Source: Alkanindiges sp. WGS2144 (GTDB taxonomy: Bacteria; Pseudomonadota; Gammaproteobacteria; Pseudomonadales; Moraxellaceae). Taken from it: a DNA stretch of 32,000 bases. Below, one piece after another: positions 8,462-17,636 of this stretch. A model generated the notes under the pieces. It ran no database searches, was not told the origin of the DNA, and saw only the letters and a list, made by a program, of their open reading frames with translations. The stretch is taken from NCBI RefSeq assembly GCF_043950625.1, contig NZ_CP171007.1. The stretch is one strand, 5' to 3'. Position 1 is the first letter of the stretch. Every line of letters starts with the position of its first letter. Position numbers and translations under genes: made by a program.

Positions 8462-8487
8462 GTGTCATTAAATGTCTATACTGTCAT
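8462..8487 (+). promoter_or_regulatory. Candidate Pho-box-like TGTC repeats upstream of the first DUF445 gene
   Basis: GTGTCAT-taa-ATGTCTA-ta-CTGTCAT contains three TGTC cores at 8463, 8473 and 8482. The spacings are 10 and 9 bp rather than the canonical 11. The last heptamer is an exact CTGTCAT. TATAAG at 8510-8515 could be a -10. Confidence 0.3.
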
Positions 8488-8553
8488 TGCCAAAAAAAAC
8501 CTCATCCTCTATAAGTAAACACACATGACTTATTATTGCAGTTGCGGTTGATT

Positions 8554-9861
8554 ATGGTTGCTTCCACTCACGCTGTACCCCAGCTAGCACGCAGCAAATC
8601 CCTGGCACAAATAGCCCTGTTCATTGCAATAGGATGCTGGGTTATTTTACTGATTTTGGTTAAGTTTATTCCGGATTATGCCTGGATTTTACATATACTC
8701 ATGCTGGCGGCTGAAGCAGGTGTGGTGGGGGGGCTGGCCGACTGGTATGCCATTACCGTGCTGTTTCGTAATCCGTTTGGCAAAATGCCGCTGCCACGCT
8801 TGTTACGCGAACATACCGAAATTATTCCACGTAACAAGAGCCGCATTGCTGAATCCATGGGCCGTTTTGTGCAGGAAAATTTCCTGTCCCCGGTTATTGT
8901 GCGCCAGTCTCTACAGCGCACTGATGTATCCCTGATGGCAGGTGACTGGCTAGCTAACCCGGCCAATGCCAGACAGATGACCGATCTGTTTCAACAGGCA
9001 GCACCACGTATTCTGGATTTTTTTGGTCAGGATGCCATTAGCGAGTTCATGCAAAAAAATATTGTGCAATGGGCCAAAAATACCGACATGCACCATTTAA
9101 GCAGCGAGCTGATCCGTGCCGTACTGGAAAATGATTTTCATGAGGATGTTCTGCAACGCGGGCTGGATACTGCCCATTTATGGGTAAAAAACAATCCGGA
9201 AAAAGCCCGTATATTGGCCACCCGTATGTTTAGTGAGCTTGGGGTAGGCACGCTGGCCTGGGGTGCAGGGTTAATTGGTATTGATGTGCAGCGCCGTATC
9301 ATTAACACGTTTATGCAAAAGGTAGAACAAATTCTGGAAAATCCGGAGCATCCCTTAAGAGTTGGCCTTGAAGAACAGGCGCAAAAGCTGATGCTGGCAC
9401 TGCGTGATCCACAATCGGTTGCTGCCCAACAGCTTAACAGCACGAAAAATGCCTTGCTGGACAGCCCAGCGGTAGTGAATTTTCTTACCGGCTCTATCGT
9501 CATTTTACGTGATGCGGTTAAACGGGATCTGCACAAGCCAGAATCTGCCATTGCCCAAAACCTGCATACTGCCATTATCCGTCTGGGCAGGAATCTTAAA
9601 ACCAGTCAGGAAGTACGCCAAGTACTCAATACGCAAATTGAACAGCTGGCGGTTAGCTTTAGTACCGATTATGCCGACAAGGTGATTCGCTATATTAGCC
9701 AGCGCATTCATGAGTGGGACTCACGGGAAATGATTGCCAAGATTGAAAGCGAAGTAGGTGGCGACTTACATATGATCCGGGTAAACGGCGTGGTCGTCGG
9801 TGCTTTCATTGGTCTAATTCTGGGTGTTATTCGCGCAATTATTGAACATATCCCTGCATAA
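8554..9861 (+). CDS. DUF445-family inner-membrane protein (YjiN-like)
   Basis: Hallmark GGLADWYAITVLFRNPFGKMPLP motif after an N-terminal TM region, with a C-terminal TM helix. I prefer ATG 8554 over the TTG at 8536. The RBS is weak in both cases. Confidence 0.8.
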   Translation: MVASTHAVPQLARSKSLAQIALFIAIGCWVILLILVKFIPDYAWILHILMLAAEAGVVGGLADWYAITVLFRNPFGKMPLPRLLREHTEIIPRNKSRIAESMGRFVQENFLSPVIVRQSLQRTDVSLMAGDWLANPANARQMTDLFQQAAPRILDFFGQDAISEFMQKNIVQWAKNTDMHHLSSELIRAVLENDFHEDVLQRGLDTAHLWVKNNPEKARILATRMFSELGVGTLAWGAGLIGIDVQRRIINTFMQKVEQILENPEHPLRVGLEEQAQKLMLALRDPQSVAAQQLNSTKNALLDSPAVVNFLTGSIVILRDAVKRDLHKPESAIAQNLHTAIIRLGRNLKTSQEVRQVLNTQIEQLAVSFSTDYADKVIRYISQRIHEWDSREMIAKIESEVGGDLHMIRVNGVVVGAFIGLILGVIRAIIEHIPA

Positions 9862-9882
9862 GCTGCAATTCGCAGCTTTTTA
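9860..9882 (+). terminator. Rho-independent terminator after the first DUF445 gene
   Basis: AAGCTGC-aattc-GCAGCTT followed by TTTAT. It overlaps the TAA stop. Confidence 0.6.
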
Positions 9883-10026
9883 TCATTGCAGATTATGCCC
9901 AGCTGGCTTATCTATACGCTCATCATGACTTATATTGATAAACATGGCATGGTGTAACGGCAGGTGTAAAAAAAAATCAGCCATACAGCCAGTTTAGTTT
10001 AAATAAAAAATAGTAAGGAATTTTGT

Positions 10027-11259
10027 ATGCTCCAAGCAATCATTGCCGATTTTCAGCAGCATTTCTGGTTGTATATTTCTATTCCTTTTATTAGTGGTTT
10101 TATTGGCTACATCACCAAGGTCATTGCCATACAAATGATGTTTGGCCCACTGGAGTTTAAGGGTATCCGTCTGTTTGGCCTGCCGATTGGCTGGCAGGGT
10201 ATTGTGCCGCGCAAGGCTGAAAAAATGGCTACCACAGCAGTGGAACTCATGACCAGTAAACTGATTCAGCCTGAAGAAATTTTTGCCCGGCTCGATCCCA
10301 AGCGCATTGCCAAGGAAATTGAGCTACCGCTGATGGCCGCCGCAGAAGACATTACCCGCGAAGTCGCGCAGGAATACCAGCCGGGTTTATGGGAAGGCAT
10401 GCCGGAATTTGCCCGTAAAAAACTGATCCGCCGGGTACAGGCTAAAGCACCGGACATTGTGGAGCACATCATGTCCGAGGTGCAAAAAGATGTACAAAAA
10501 TATTTTGACATCAAGCATATGGTGATTAGCAACTTATTAAAAGACAAACGCCTGCTCAATAATATCTTTAAAAAAGTAGGCCGGCAGGAATTTCGTTTTT
10601 TCAGTAATGTGGGGTTTGTGTTTGGCTTTGGCATTGGCCTGATTCAAATGCTGTGCTGGATCCTGTTCAAGCAACCCTGGATGCTGCCTGCTTTCGGCGG
10701 GTTTGTTGGGTTCTTTAGTGACTGGATGGCGCTACAAATGATGTTTCGGCCCTTACAGCCTAAAAAAGTGCTGGGTTTTACCATGCAGGGTCTGTTTATC
10801 CGGCGCCAAAATGAAGTGGCAGCCGATTATGCCGCACTGATCTCCAAACAGCTGCTCACCTCGCGCAACATGATGGAAGAGCTATTTTCCGGCACGCACT
10901 CAGCACGGGTGATTGAGCTGGTTGGCCGCCATGTCAAGCAGGAAATTGACCTGCAGGCTGGCATCGTACGTCCCTTGGTGGTATATGCCATGGGTGGTCA
11001 AAAATACCAGAGCTTAAAAGATCAGGTGGCCGCGCGTATCATGGCACAACTGCCAGAAACCATGAGATATATTGAACCCTACGCCGAAGATGTCATGGAT
11101 ATCCAAAATACTTTGGTCACCCGCATGCAGCAGCTCACTCCGGAAGAGTTTGAAGGCATGCTTAGACCCGCCTTTAAAGAAGACGAATGGTCACTGATTA
11201 TTGTGGGGGCCGTGCTGGGCTTTTTGGTGGGCGAAATGCAAATCCATATTATGTTGTAG
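10027..11259 (+). CDS. DUF445-family membrane protein (YheB-like paralogue)
   Basis: ATG 10027 with AAGGAA 8 nt upstream. The DUF445-type motif occurs twice (YITKVIAIQMMFGPLEF near the N-terminus and FFSDWMALQMMFRPLQP mid-protein). TM helices at the N-terminus, the middle and the C-terminus. Confidence 0.8.
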   Translation: MLQAIIADFQQHFWLYISIPFISGFIGYITKVIAIQMMFGPLEFKGIRLFGLPIGWQGIVPRKAEKMATTAVELMTSKLIQPEEIFARLDPKRIAKEIELPLMAAAEDITREVAQEYQPGLWEGMPEFARKKLIRRVQAKAPDIVEHIMSEVQKDVQKYFDIKHMVISNLLKDKRLLNNIFKKVGRQEFRFFSNVGFVFGFGIGLIQMLCWILFKQPWMLPAFGGFVGFFSDWMALQMMFRPLQPKKVLGFTMQGLFIRRQNEVAADYAALISKQLLTSRNMMEELFSGTHSARVIELVGRHVKQEIDLQAGIVRPLVVYAMGGQKYQSLKDQVAARIMAQLPETMRYIEPYAEDVMDIQNTLVTRMQQLTPEEFEGMLRPAFKEDEWSLIIVGAVLGFLVGEMQIHIML

Positions 11260-11302
11260 CCCAAATCTAAGTGAAAAGAGTACAACCTTGTCAGATTTTG
11301 TT

Positions 11303-11493
11303 TAGGGCATGTCCCTATTTGCATCATGTGGCTAAAAATGAGATAAATTGCCAGCAAAACAAGGCAAATATCGCAGTCAATAGTGGACTATTGGCAAGGT
11401 ATTTAACGACGTTTTGCTAGGGTCTGTTGACCGTTGATTTAGTCATTTTTAGTCCATCAAGCTAGGTCGTGGTGAAATTAGGGACACGCCCTA
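11303..11493. repeat. 191-bp nested imperfect palindrome, MITE-like / structured intergenic element
   Basis: The termini are TAGGGCATGTCCCTA (11303-11317) and TAGGGACACGCCCTA (11479-11493), reverse complements with 1 mismatch. Nested arms are GGCTAAAAATGAGATAAAT (11330-11348) against ATTTAGTCATTTTTAGTCC (11437-11455), AGCAAAAC against GTTTTGCT, and central CAATAGT-gg-ACTATTG (11378-11393). No ORF. Confidence 0.55.
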
Positions 11494-11590
11494 GTATTCA
11501 TTGTTGCTACTTAATACCTGTTTGTTTTAAAAACGTGATATATCAGCAGGCTGCAATGGACTTAAAACAATAAGGCCTGTTATATATGGG

Positions 11591-13015
11591 GTGATTAACC
11601 CATCATTTAATAACATCAGCGCAGGCTTTTATTTCGTGCCCAGAACCAGTCCCAATCTATTGCATTTTTCTTCGGTTACAAGCCTGTGGAAACCATTTTT
11701 GTTATTTCTGGTACCACTGCTCATTACCAATATCCTGCAATCATTGTCCGGCACCATTAATACTATTTTTGTTGGGCAAATGCTGGGAGTGCAGGCAGTC
11801 GCTGCCGTGGCAGTGTTTTTCCCCATTCTGTTTTTCTTACTGTCGTTTGTCATTGGACTGGCAGCCGGTGCCAGCGTACTGATTGGACAAGCCTGGGGTG
11901 CGCGGGAGTTTGAAAAGGTCAAGCAGATTACTGGCAACACGCTGGCCATGGTCATTGCCCTGGGGCTAGTGATTGCATTGATAGGCGCCAGTTTTACCCA
12001 GCCAGCTTTAGGCCTTTTAGGCGTGCCACCAGAAATTATGCCATTGGCAGCCAGTTATTCACGCCTGATGCTACTGGGCAGTCCCCTGCTGTTTATTTTT
12101 ATTGTGTTTACCTCACTCATGCGTGGCGTGGGCGACTCGTTTACGCCCATGACCGCCATGATTTTGTCCATTGGCGTAGGGTTAATTGTCACCCCTGCAT
12201 TCATTAAAGGCTGGTTTGGCCTACCACAACTGGGGATTTTGGCACCTGCCATTGCTACCATTATTGGCTTTATGGTCGTGCTGACTTACCTGTTTTTTTA
12301 TATGCGCCACAAACAGCATGCATTGGCACCGGATGCAGTGCTAATCCGGCATCTTCGGCTGGACTGGCAGGTAAGCAAGCTGATTTTACGCTTAGGCTTG
12401 CCCACTGCCCTGCAAATGGTGACCAGCTCCATTTCCGGCATAGTGATTATTGGTTTGGTCAACCATTATGGCGCACAGGCCACCGCAGCCTATGGGGCAA
12501 TTAATCAGGTGCTCAGCTATGTGCAGTTTCCGGCCATGTCGATTGCCATTGCCGGTTCTATTTTTGCGGCTCAAGCCATTGGGGCTGGCAAGGACGATGC
12601 CCTAAATTGTGTGACCCGCACTGCACTAATCATGAATCTGGTATTTACTGGCGTGCTGATTACTCTGGCCTATGTGTTTTCACGCTATCTCATGGCTTTA
12701 TTTATCACTGATCCTGCGGTGATTGAGCTGGGGCAGCAACTGCTGCATATCGTGCTATGGAGTATTTTGCTGTTTGGTGCCGGTTCAATTTTTGCTGGTA
12801 TTATGCGGGCCAGCGGCACGGTGCTAATCCCGATGCTCATCAACGTGGGCTGTATTGTGCTGATAGAGCTGCCCTGCGCAGTGCTATTTAGCCACTGGTA
12901 CGGGTTAAAAGGTATCTGGTTTGCCTATGCGCTGGCCTTTACCATGATGTGCATTATTCAGGCGGCCTTCTACCAGTTTGTCTGGAAGAAAAAAGCCATT
13001 CAGCGCTTGATTTAA
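11591..13015 (+). CDS. MATE-family multidrug/toxic-compound efflux transporter
   Basis: 474 aa, about 12 predicted TM helices, with MATE-like N-terminal organisation (LWKPFLLFLVPLLITNILQSLSGTINTIFVGQMLG). The start is GTG 11591, the only upstream in-frame start apart from an internal TTG, so it is uncertain by about 20 codons. Confidence 0.8.
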   Translation: MINPSFNNISAGFYFVPRTSPNLLHFSSVTSLWKPFLLFLVPLLITNILQSLSGTINTIFVGQMLGVQAVAAVAVFFPILFFLLSFVIGLAAGASVLIGQAWGAREFEKVKQITGNTLAMVIALGLVIALIGASFTQPALGLLGVPPEIMPLAASYSRLMLLGSPLLFIFIVFTSLMRGVGDSFTPMTAMILSIGVGLIVTPAFIKGWFGLPQLGILAPAIATIIGFMVVLTYLFFYMRHKQHALAPDAVLIRHLRLDWQVSKLILRLGLPTALQMVTSSISGIVIIGLVNHYGAQATAAYGAINQVLSYVQFPAMSIAIAGSIFAAQAIGAGKDDALNCVTRTALIMNLVFTGVLITLAYVFSRYLMALFITDPAVIELGQQLLHIVLWSILLFGAGSIFAGIMRASGTVLIPMLINVGCIVLIELPCAVLFSHWYGLKGIWFAYALAFTMMCIIQAAFYQFVWKKKAIQRLI

Positions 13016-13161
13016 CAACCCGTCTCCCCATTGATGGAATATACAAATGCTGTTTTAAGCAAAAAATCCTGATCGTTTAAGCTGAAAATTTCTACAAAGC
13101 AGGACGAATAGCGCATTTTCTGGCAAACTAGGCGACTTTATTGTGACTGCTTATTTGTGAT

Positions 13162-14178
13162 ATGAAGTTGCTTCATTTGCATGCCCTGCCTGCCGATATG
13201 CAGTTGCCACCCACGGCAATTACAATTGGCAATTTTGATGGTGTCCATCTTGGACATCAGGCGATGCTGCACACGCTAAAACAGCGTGCCAGTCAGGATG
13301 GCCTAAAAACGCTGGTCATGCTGTTTGAACCACAACCACTGGAATTTTTCAAAGGCAGCGAGGCACCGCCGCGCATTACTTCCTTGCGGGAAAAAATTGA
13401 GCTACTTAAAGCACAAAGCATTGATTATGTGCTCATTGCCCCTTTTGATCATGGGCTGCGCTCATTAAACGCCCGGCAATTTGCTGACTTGCTGAAATTA
13501 CAGCTCAATGGCAAGGCGCTGGTGCTGGGTGATGATTTTCGCTTTGGCTGCGACCGTGCTGGTGATAGTCAGTTTTTACGCAATTATGGGTTTCCGATTG
13601 ATAATCTGGAAACTGTGCTGGTAGATGGAGAGCGAGCTAGCTCAACCCGTATTCGCAACTGCCTGATGCAGGGAGATTTTGCCGCCGCAGCCCGCCTGCT
13701 GGGCCGCCCATACAGCATTACCGGTCGGGTACAATATGGTGACCAGATTGGCCGAACCATTGATTTTCCGACCATCAATGTGCGACTAAGCCGATTAACA
13801 CCCTGCCTGCATGGCATTTATGCGGTAGATGTGCAAACTCGCTGTGCGCCATCTCTGGTGGGGCACGTACGTCGGCAATCGACCCAGACTGGTATTGCCG
13901 GTTACCTGCCGGGTAGCTTACTGGGTGCCGCCCATGTTGGAACACGGCCTGCCATTGCACAGGCAAAACCGGAATGGCGGCTGGAAGTGCATTTTCCTGA
14001 AGCAAGCGCCAACCTGTATGGCCTGCTGGTAAAAGTCACCTTCCTGCATTATGTGCATGGCGAAAAAAACTATCCATCACTGGACGCCTTAAAACTGGGC
14101 ATTCTGGATGATGTACAGCAAATTCGGGCATTCCGGCAAAACACGGCTGCTTCCGATTTAAATTTTCTTGAGATTTAA
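13162..14178 (+). CDS. ribF: Bifunctional riboflavin kinase / FMN adenylyltransferase
   Basis: N-terminal FAD-synthetase motif (ITIGNFDGVHLGHQ), C-terminal riboflavin-kinase motifs (GRTIDFPTIN, LEVHF...LYG), and conserved position upstream of ileS. Confidence 0.92.
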   Translation: MKLLHLHALPADMQLPPTAITIGNFDGVHLGHQAMLHTLKQRASQDGLKTLVMLFEPQPLEFFKGSEAPPRITSLREKIELLKAQSIDYVLIAPFDHGLRSLNARQFADLLKLQLNGKALVLGDDFRFGCDRAGDSQFLRNYGFPIDNLETVLVDGERASSTRIRNCLMQGDFAAAARLLGRPYSITGRVQYGDQIGRTIDFPTINVRLSRLTPCLHGIYAVDVQTRCAPSLVGHVRRQSTQTGIAGYLPGSLLGAAHVGTRPAIAQAKPEWRLEVHFPEASANLYGLLVKVTFLHYVHGEKNYPSLDALKLGILDDVQQIRAFRQNTAASDLNFLEI

Positions 14179-14190
14179 CGTTTTTGTGAC

Positions 14191-14210
14191 GCCAGTAGTC
14201 TGCTACTGGC
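14191..14210 (+). other. Perfect stem-loop in the ribF-ileS spacer
   Basis: GCCAGTAG-tctg-CTACTGGC gives an 8-bp stem and 4-nt loop with no T-tract. It lies 21 nt upstream of the ileS ATG. Confidence 0.4.
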
Positions 14211-14230
14211 CCAACTGGATGATGTAGTGA

Positions 14231-17092
14231 ATGAGCGAAAAGCCTAAAAACGATGTTGTACAAGATGGCAAAACACCGGCCGGGATGGATTATAAAAGCA
14301 CCCTGAACCTGCCCGATACCGCCTTTGCCATGAAAGCCAATCTGGCTACCCGTGAAGCCCAGTGGCTAGGTGGATGGCAGGCTGATGGCCTGTATCAGCA
14401 AATTCGTGCCGCCCGCGCCGGTCAAACCAAATATATCCTGCATGATGGCCCTCCTTACGCCAATGGTTCCATTCATTTGGGTCATGCGGTAAACAAGGTA
14501 CTTAAAGACATTATTATTAAAAGCCGTACCCTGTCTGGTTTTGATGCACCGTATGTTCCTGGCTGGGACTGCCACGGCTTGCCCATTGAACTGAAAGTAG
14601 AAGAAAAAGTGGGCAAGGTCGGTGATAAAGTGGATGCCAAAACTTTTCGTAAACTGTGCCGTGATTATGCGGCCAGTCAGGTTCAGCTCCAGCGCAAAGA
14701 CTTTGAACGCCTGGGCGTACTGGGTGACTGGGATAACCCCTACCTGACTATGAATTTTAAGCAGGAAGCCGATATTGTTCGCGCACTGGGCAAGATTGTC
14801 GAAGCCGGCCATGTGCAGGCAGGCTTAAAACCAGTGAACTGGTGTCTGGACTGTGGCTCAGCACTGGCCGAAGCCGAAGTAGAATACGAAGACAAAAAAT
14901 CCGACGCCATTGATGTGGGTTTTGGCGTGGTTGACCTTGCCAACTTAAACCAACGTCTAGGTATCACGGTAGATGTACCCACCGATATTGTCATCTGGAC
15001 AACCACGCCGTGGACGCTGCCTGCCAATCAAGCGGTAGCGCTGCACCCCGAGATCGACTATCAACTGGTCAAAGTCAGTAATGATAGCGGTGCACAAGCC
15101 CTGATTTTAGCCAAAGAACTGGTGGCCTCTGCGTGTGAGCGTTACCAGCTGGACAACCCGCAAGTGCTGGCCGACTTTAAAGGCACTGCACTCGAACACT
15201 TAAAGCTACAACACCCCTTAATTGCCGAACGTCAGGTGCCTGTCATTTTAGGTGAACACGTGACGGCAGCCAGTGGTACTGGTGCGGTGCATACTGCGCC
15301 AGGACATGGCGTGGACGACTACAAGGTCGGCCTGCAATACAATCTGGTGGTGGACAATCCGGTTGGCAGCAACGGCGTGTATCTGCCCACTGCCCCCATT
15401 TTTGCCGGCCAGCATATTTATAAAGCCAATCCACAAATCATTGATAACCTGAAAACCATCGGCAAACTGATGGCGCACCAGCCAATCCAGCACAGTTACC
15501 CGCATTGCTGGCGCCATAAGACCCCGATTATTTTCCGTGCCACGCCGCAATGGTTTATTAGCATGGAGCAAGGCGGCTTGCGTGAACAAGCTATGGCGGC
15601 TGTTCAGGATGTACAATGGATTCCCGACTGGGGCAAAAACCGCATTGAAGCCATGGTGGATGGTCGCCCGGACTGGTGTATTTCCCGTCAGCGTACCTGG
15701 GGCGTGCCGATTCCATTTTTTGTGCATAAAGACAGCAACGAGCTGCATCCGCGCACCGTTGAGCTGATTGAACAGGTCGCCAAACTGATTGAACAAGACG
15801 GTGTTGAAGCCTGGTTTGAGTTGGACAAAGCTGACCTGCTGGGTGCGGATGCTGAGCAGTACAACGCCATTAAAGACACACTGGATGTCTGGTTTGATTC
15901 TGGCACCACCCATTATGCGGTACTGGAGCAACGTCCTGATCTATGCGCCCCTGCTGACCTTTATCTGGAAGGCTCTGACCAGCATCGCGGCTGGTTTCAA
16001 TCTTCCCTGCTCACTTCAATTGCCATTAACCAGCGCGCACCATTTAAAAATGTGCTCACGCATGGTTTTACCGTGGATGAAAATGGCCGCAAGCTGTCCA
16101 AATCGCTAGGCAACTACATTCCGCTGGATGACATCATCAAGCAACTGGGTGCCGATGGCCTGCGCCTGTACGTGGCGTCCAGTGATTACCGTTATGAAAT
16201 TGCAGCCAGTAAAGAGGTGTTTAACCGGGTCAGCGACAGCTATCGCCGTATCCGCAATACCCTGCGTTTCCTGCTGGCGAACCTGAACGGCTTTAAACCC
16301 AGCACCGATCTGGTTCCGGTTGATCAATTGATTGCGCTGGATCAGTACATTATCCAGCGTGCCAGTGATGTACAACAGACTATTGTTGCTGCCTATGACG
16401 ACATGAATTTTCATGCGGTATGTAGCCAGTTGACTGGATTCTGTATTAATGATCTGGGTGGTTTTTATCTGGATATCATTAAGGATCGCCAATACACCAC
16501 CAAGGCCGATTCGCATGCCCGTCGTTCGGCTCAAACTGCGCTGTATCATCTGGTACAGGCCTTTGTGCGCTGGATGAGTCCAATCCTGAGCTTTACGGCA
16601 CAGGAAGCCTGGCCACTGATTCCAGAGCAAAGTGAGAAATACGTATTTACGGCTGAATGGTATGCACTGCCACAGGCCACAGGCGTTAATCTGGTGAGCG
16701 CTGAGCACTGGCAGGTTTTGCTTCATGTCAAAGCAGCGGTCAATAAACAAATTGAAGCCGCGCGTAATGCCAAGCTGGTGGGCAGTAACTTGTCAGCCCA
16801 AGTGGATTTATGGGCGGATGACACATTGTATCCGGTGCTTGATCAACTGGGTAATGAACTCCGCTTTGTACTTATTACCAGTCAGGTTAATCTGCATCCA
16901 TTTGAAGCAAGCCAGGGTGAAAGCACAGATATTGATGGCTTGCGCGTAAGAATCTCACCTGCGCAAGGAACTAAATGTGCACGCTGCTGGCATGTATTGC
17001 CCGACGTTGGCAGTCATACTGAGCATGCTACCATTTGTAGCCGCTGCATTATCAATGTAACAGGTGAAGGCGAGGAGCGCCAATATGCCTAA
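14231..17092 (+). CDS. ileS: Isoleucine--tRNA ligase (type 1, with C-terminal Zn-binding domain)
   Basis: 953 aa. HIGH motif (PYANGSIHLGHAVN), CP1 editing region, KMSKS-position motif reading KLSKS, and a C-terminal CxxC...CxxC (CARCWH...CSRC). Confidence 0.97.
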   Translation: MSEKPKNDVVQDGKTPAGMDYKSTLNLPDTAFAMKANLATREAQWLGGWQADGLYQQIRAARAGQTKYILHDGPPYANGSIHLGHAVNKVLKDIIIKSRTLSGFDAPYVPGWDCHGLPIELKVEEKVGKVGDKVDAKTFRKLCRDYAASQVQLQRKDFERLGVLGDWDNPYLTMNFKQEADIVRALGKIVEAGHVQAGLKPVNWCLDCGSALAEAEVEYEDKKSDAIDVGFGVVDLANLNQRLGITVDVPTDIVIWTTTPWTLPANQAVALHPEIDYQLVKVSNDSGAQALILAKELVASACERYQLDNPQVLADFKGTALEHLKLQHPLIAERQVPVILGEHVTAASGTGAVHTAPGHGVDDYKVGLQYNLVVDNPVGSNGVYLPTAPIFAGQHIYKANPQIIDNLKTIGKLMAHQPIQHSYPHCWRHKTPIIFRATPQWFISMEQGGLREQAMAAVQDVQWIPDWGKNRIEAMVDGRPDWCISRQRTWGVPIPFFVHKDSNELHPRTVELIEQVAKLIEQDGVEAWFELDKADLLGADAEQYNAIKDTLDVWFDSGTTHYAVLEQRPDLCAPADLYLEGSDQHRGWFQSSLLTSIAINQRAPFKNVLTHGFTVDENGRKLSKSLGNYIPLDDIIKQLGADGLRLYVASSDYRYEIAASKEVFNRVSDSYRRIRNTLRFLLANLNGFKPSTDLVPVDQLIALDQYIIQRASDVQQTIVAAYDDMNFHAVCSQLTGFCINDLGGFYLDIIKDRQYTTKADSHARRSAQTALYHLVQAFVRWMSPILSFTAQEAWPLIPEQSEKYVFTAEWYALPQATGVNLVSAEHWQVLLHVKAAVNKQIEAARNAKLVGSNLSAQVDLWADDTLYPVLDQLGNELRFVLITSQVNLHPFEASQGESTDIDGLRVRISPAQGTKCARCWHVLPDVGSHTEHATICSRCIINVTGEGEERQYA

Positions 17093-17633
17093 TTCATTAA
17101 ATGGTCATGGACAATTTAGCCTGCATAACCTGTGGTGGCTGCTACTGGCTATTGTTTCCATTGTACTGGATCAATACACCAAGCATGTGGCCAGCACACA
17201 TTTGATATTTGCCGAGCCCGTTCCGGTACTGCCCTTTTTAAACTGGACCTTGCTGCATAACTATGGCGCTGCCTTTAGCTTTTTATCGGATGCTGGCGGC
17301 TGGCAACGCTACTTTTTTACTATATTGGCCGCCGTGGTATCGGTTGCCTTTATCGTATGGTTAATGCGTATGCCACGCAGGCTCAAGATACTACCACTGG
17401 CTATTGCTCTCATTCTGGGTGGTGCGCTGGGCAACCTGATAGACCGGGTGAGTCTAGGTTATGTGGTGGACTTTATTCACGTGTATTATCAAAACTATCA
17501 CTTTCCTGCCTTTAATATTGCTGACAGCTCCATTACGCTGGGGACAATTTTATTGATTATTGATACATTTTTTCTGGAAAAATACCGGATTCAAAAAGCA
17601 GCAGCTCAAATGGCACCCAAGCACGAGGAATAA
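17085..17633 (+). CDS. lspA: Lipoprotein signal peptidase II
   Basis: Four TM segments with conserved NxGAAF and GNLIDR...VVDF...FNIAD motifs. ATG 17085 is preceded by GAGGAG (17072-17077) and overlaps the ileS stop by 8 nt. The GTG at 17064 in the ORF track is less likely. Confidence 0.92.
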   Translation: MPNSLNGHGQFSLHNLWWLLLAIVSIVLDQYTKHVASTHLIFAEPVPVLPFLNWTLLHNYGAAFSFLSDAGGWQRYFFTILAAVVSVAFIVWLMRMPRRLKILPLAIALILGGALGNLIDRVSLGYVVDFIHVYYQNYHFPAFNIADSSITLGTILLIIDTFFLEKYRIQKAAAQMAPKHEE

Positions 17634-17636
17634 TCC

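Noticed and set aside
13016-13161. Looked for an FMN riboswitch upstream of ribF
   Set aside because: No FMN-element core (no GGGCGGGGTGAAATTCC-like or conserved helices) is present. ribF is not normally riboswitch-controlled anyway.
13834-13913. Apparent ~15-20 aa insertion in the riboflavin-kinase half of RibF (QTRCAPSLVGHVRRQSTQTGIAGYLPG) relative to my recollection of E. coli RibF
   Set aside because: The comparison is from memory only. The segment corresponds to a variable surface loop, so I cannot support it as an anomaly without an alignment.
15248-16750. Long antisense ORFs inside ileS (227 aa at 15248-15931 and 214 aa at 16106-16750, minus strand)
   Set aside because: They lie entirely within the confidently assigned ileS frame. 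Their translations are low-complexity with no recognisable motifs or RBS. These are typical shadow ORFs of a long gene.
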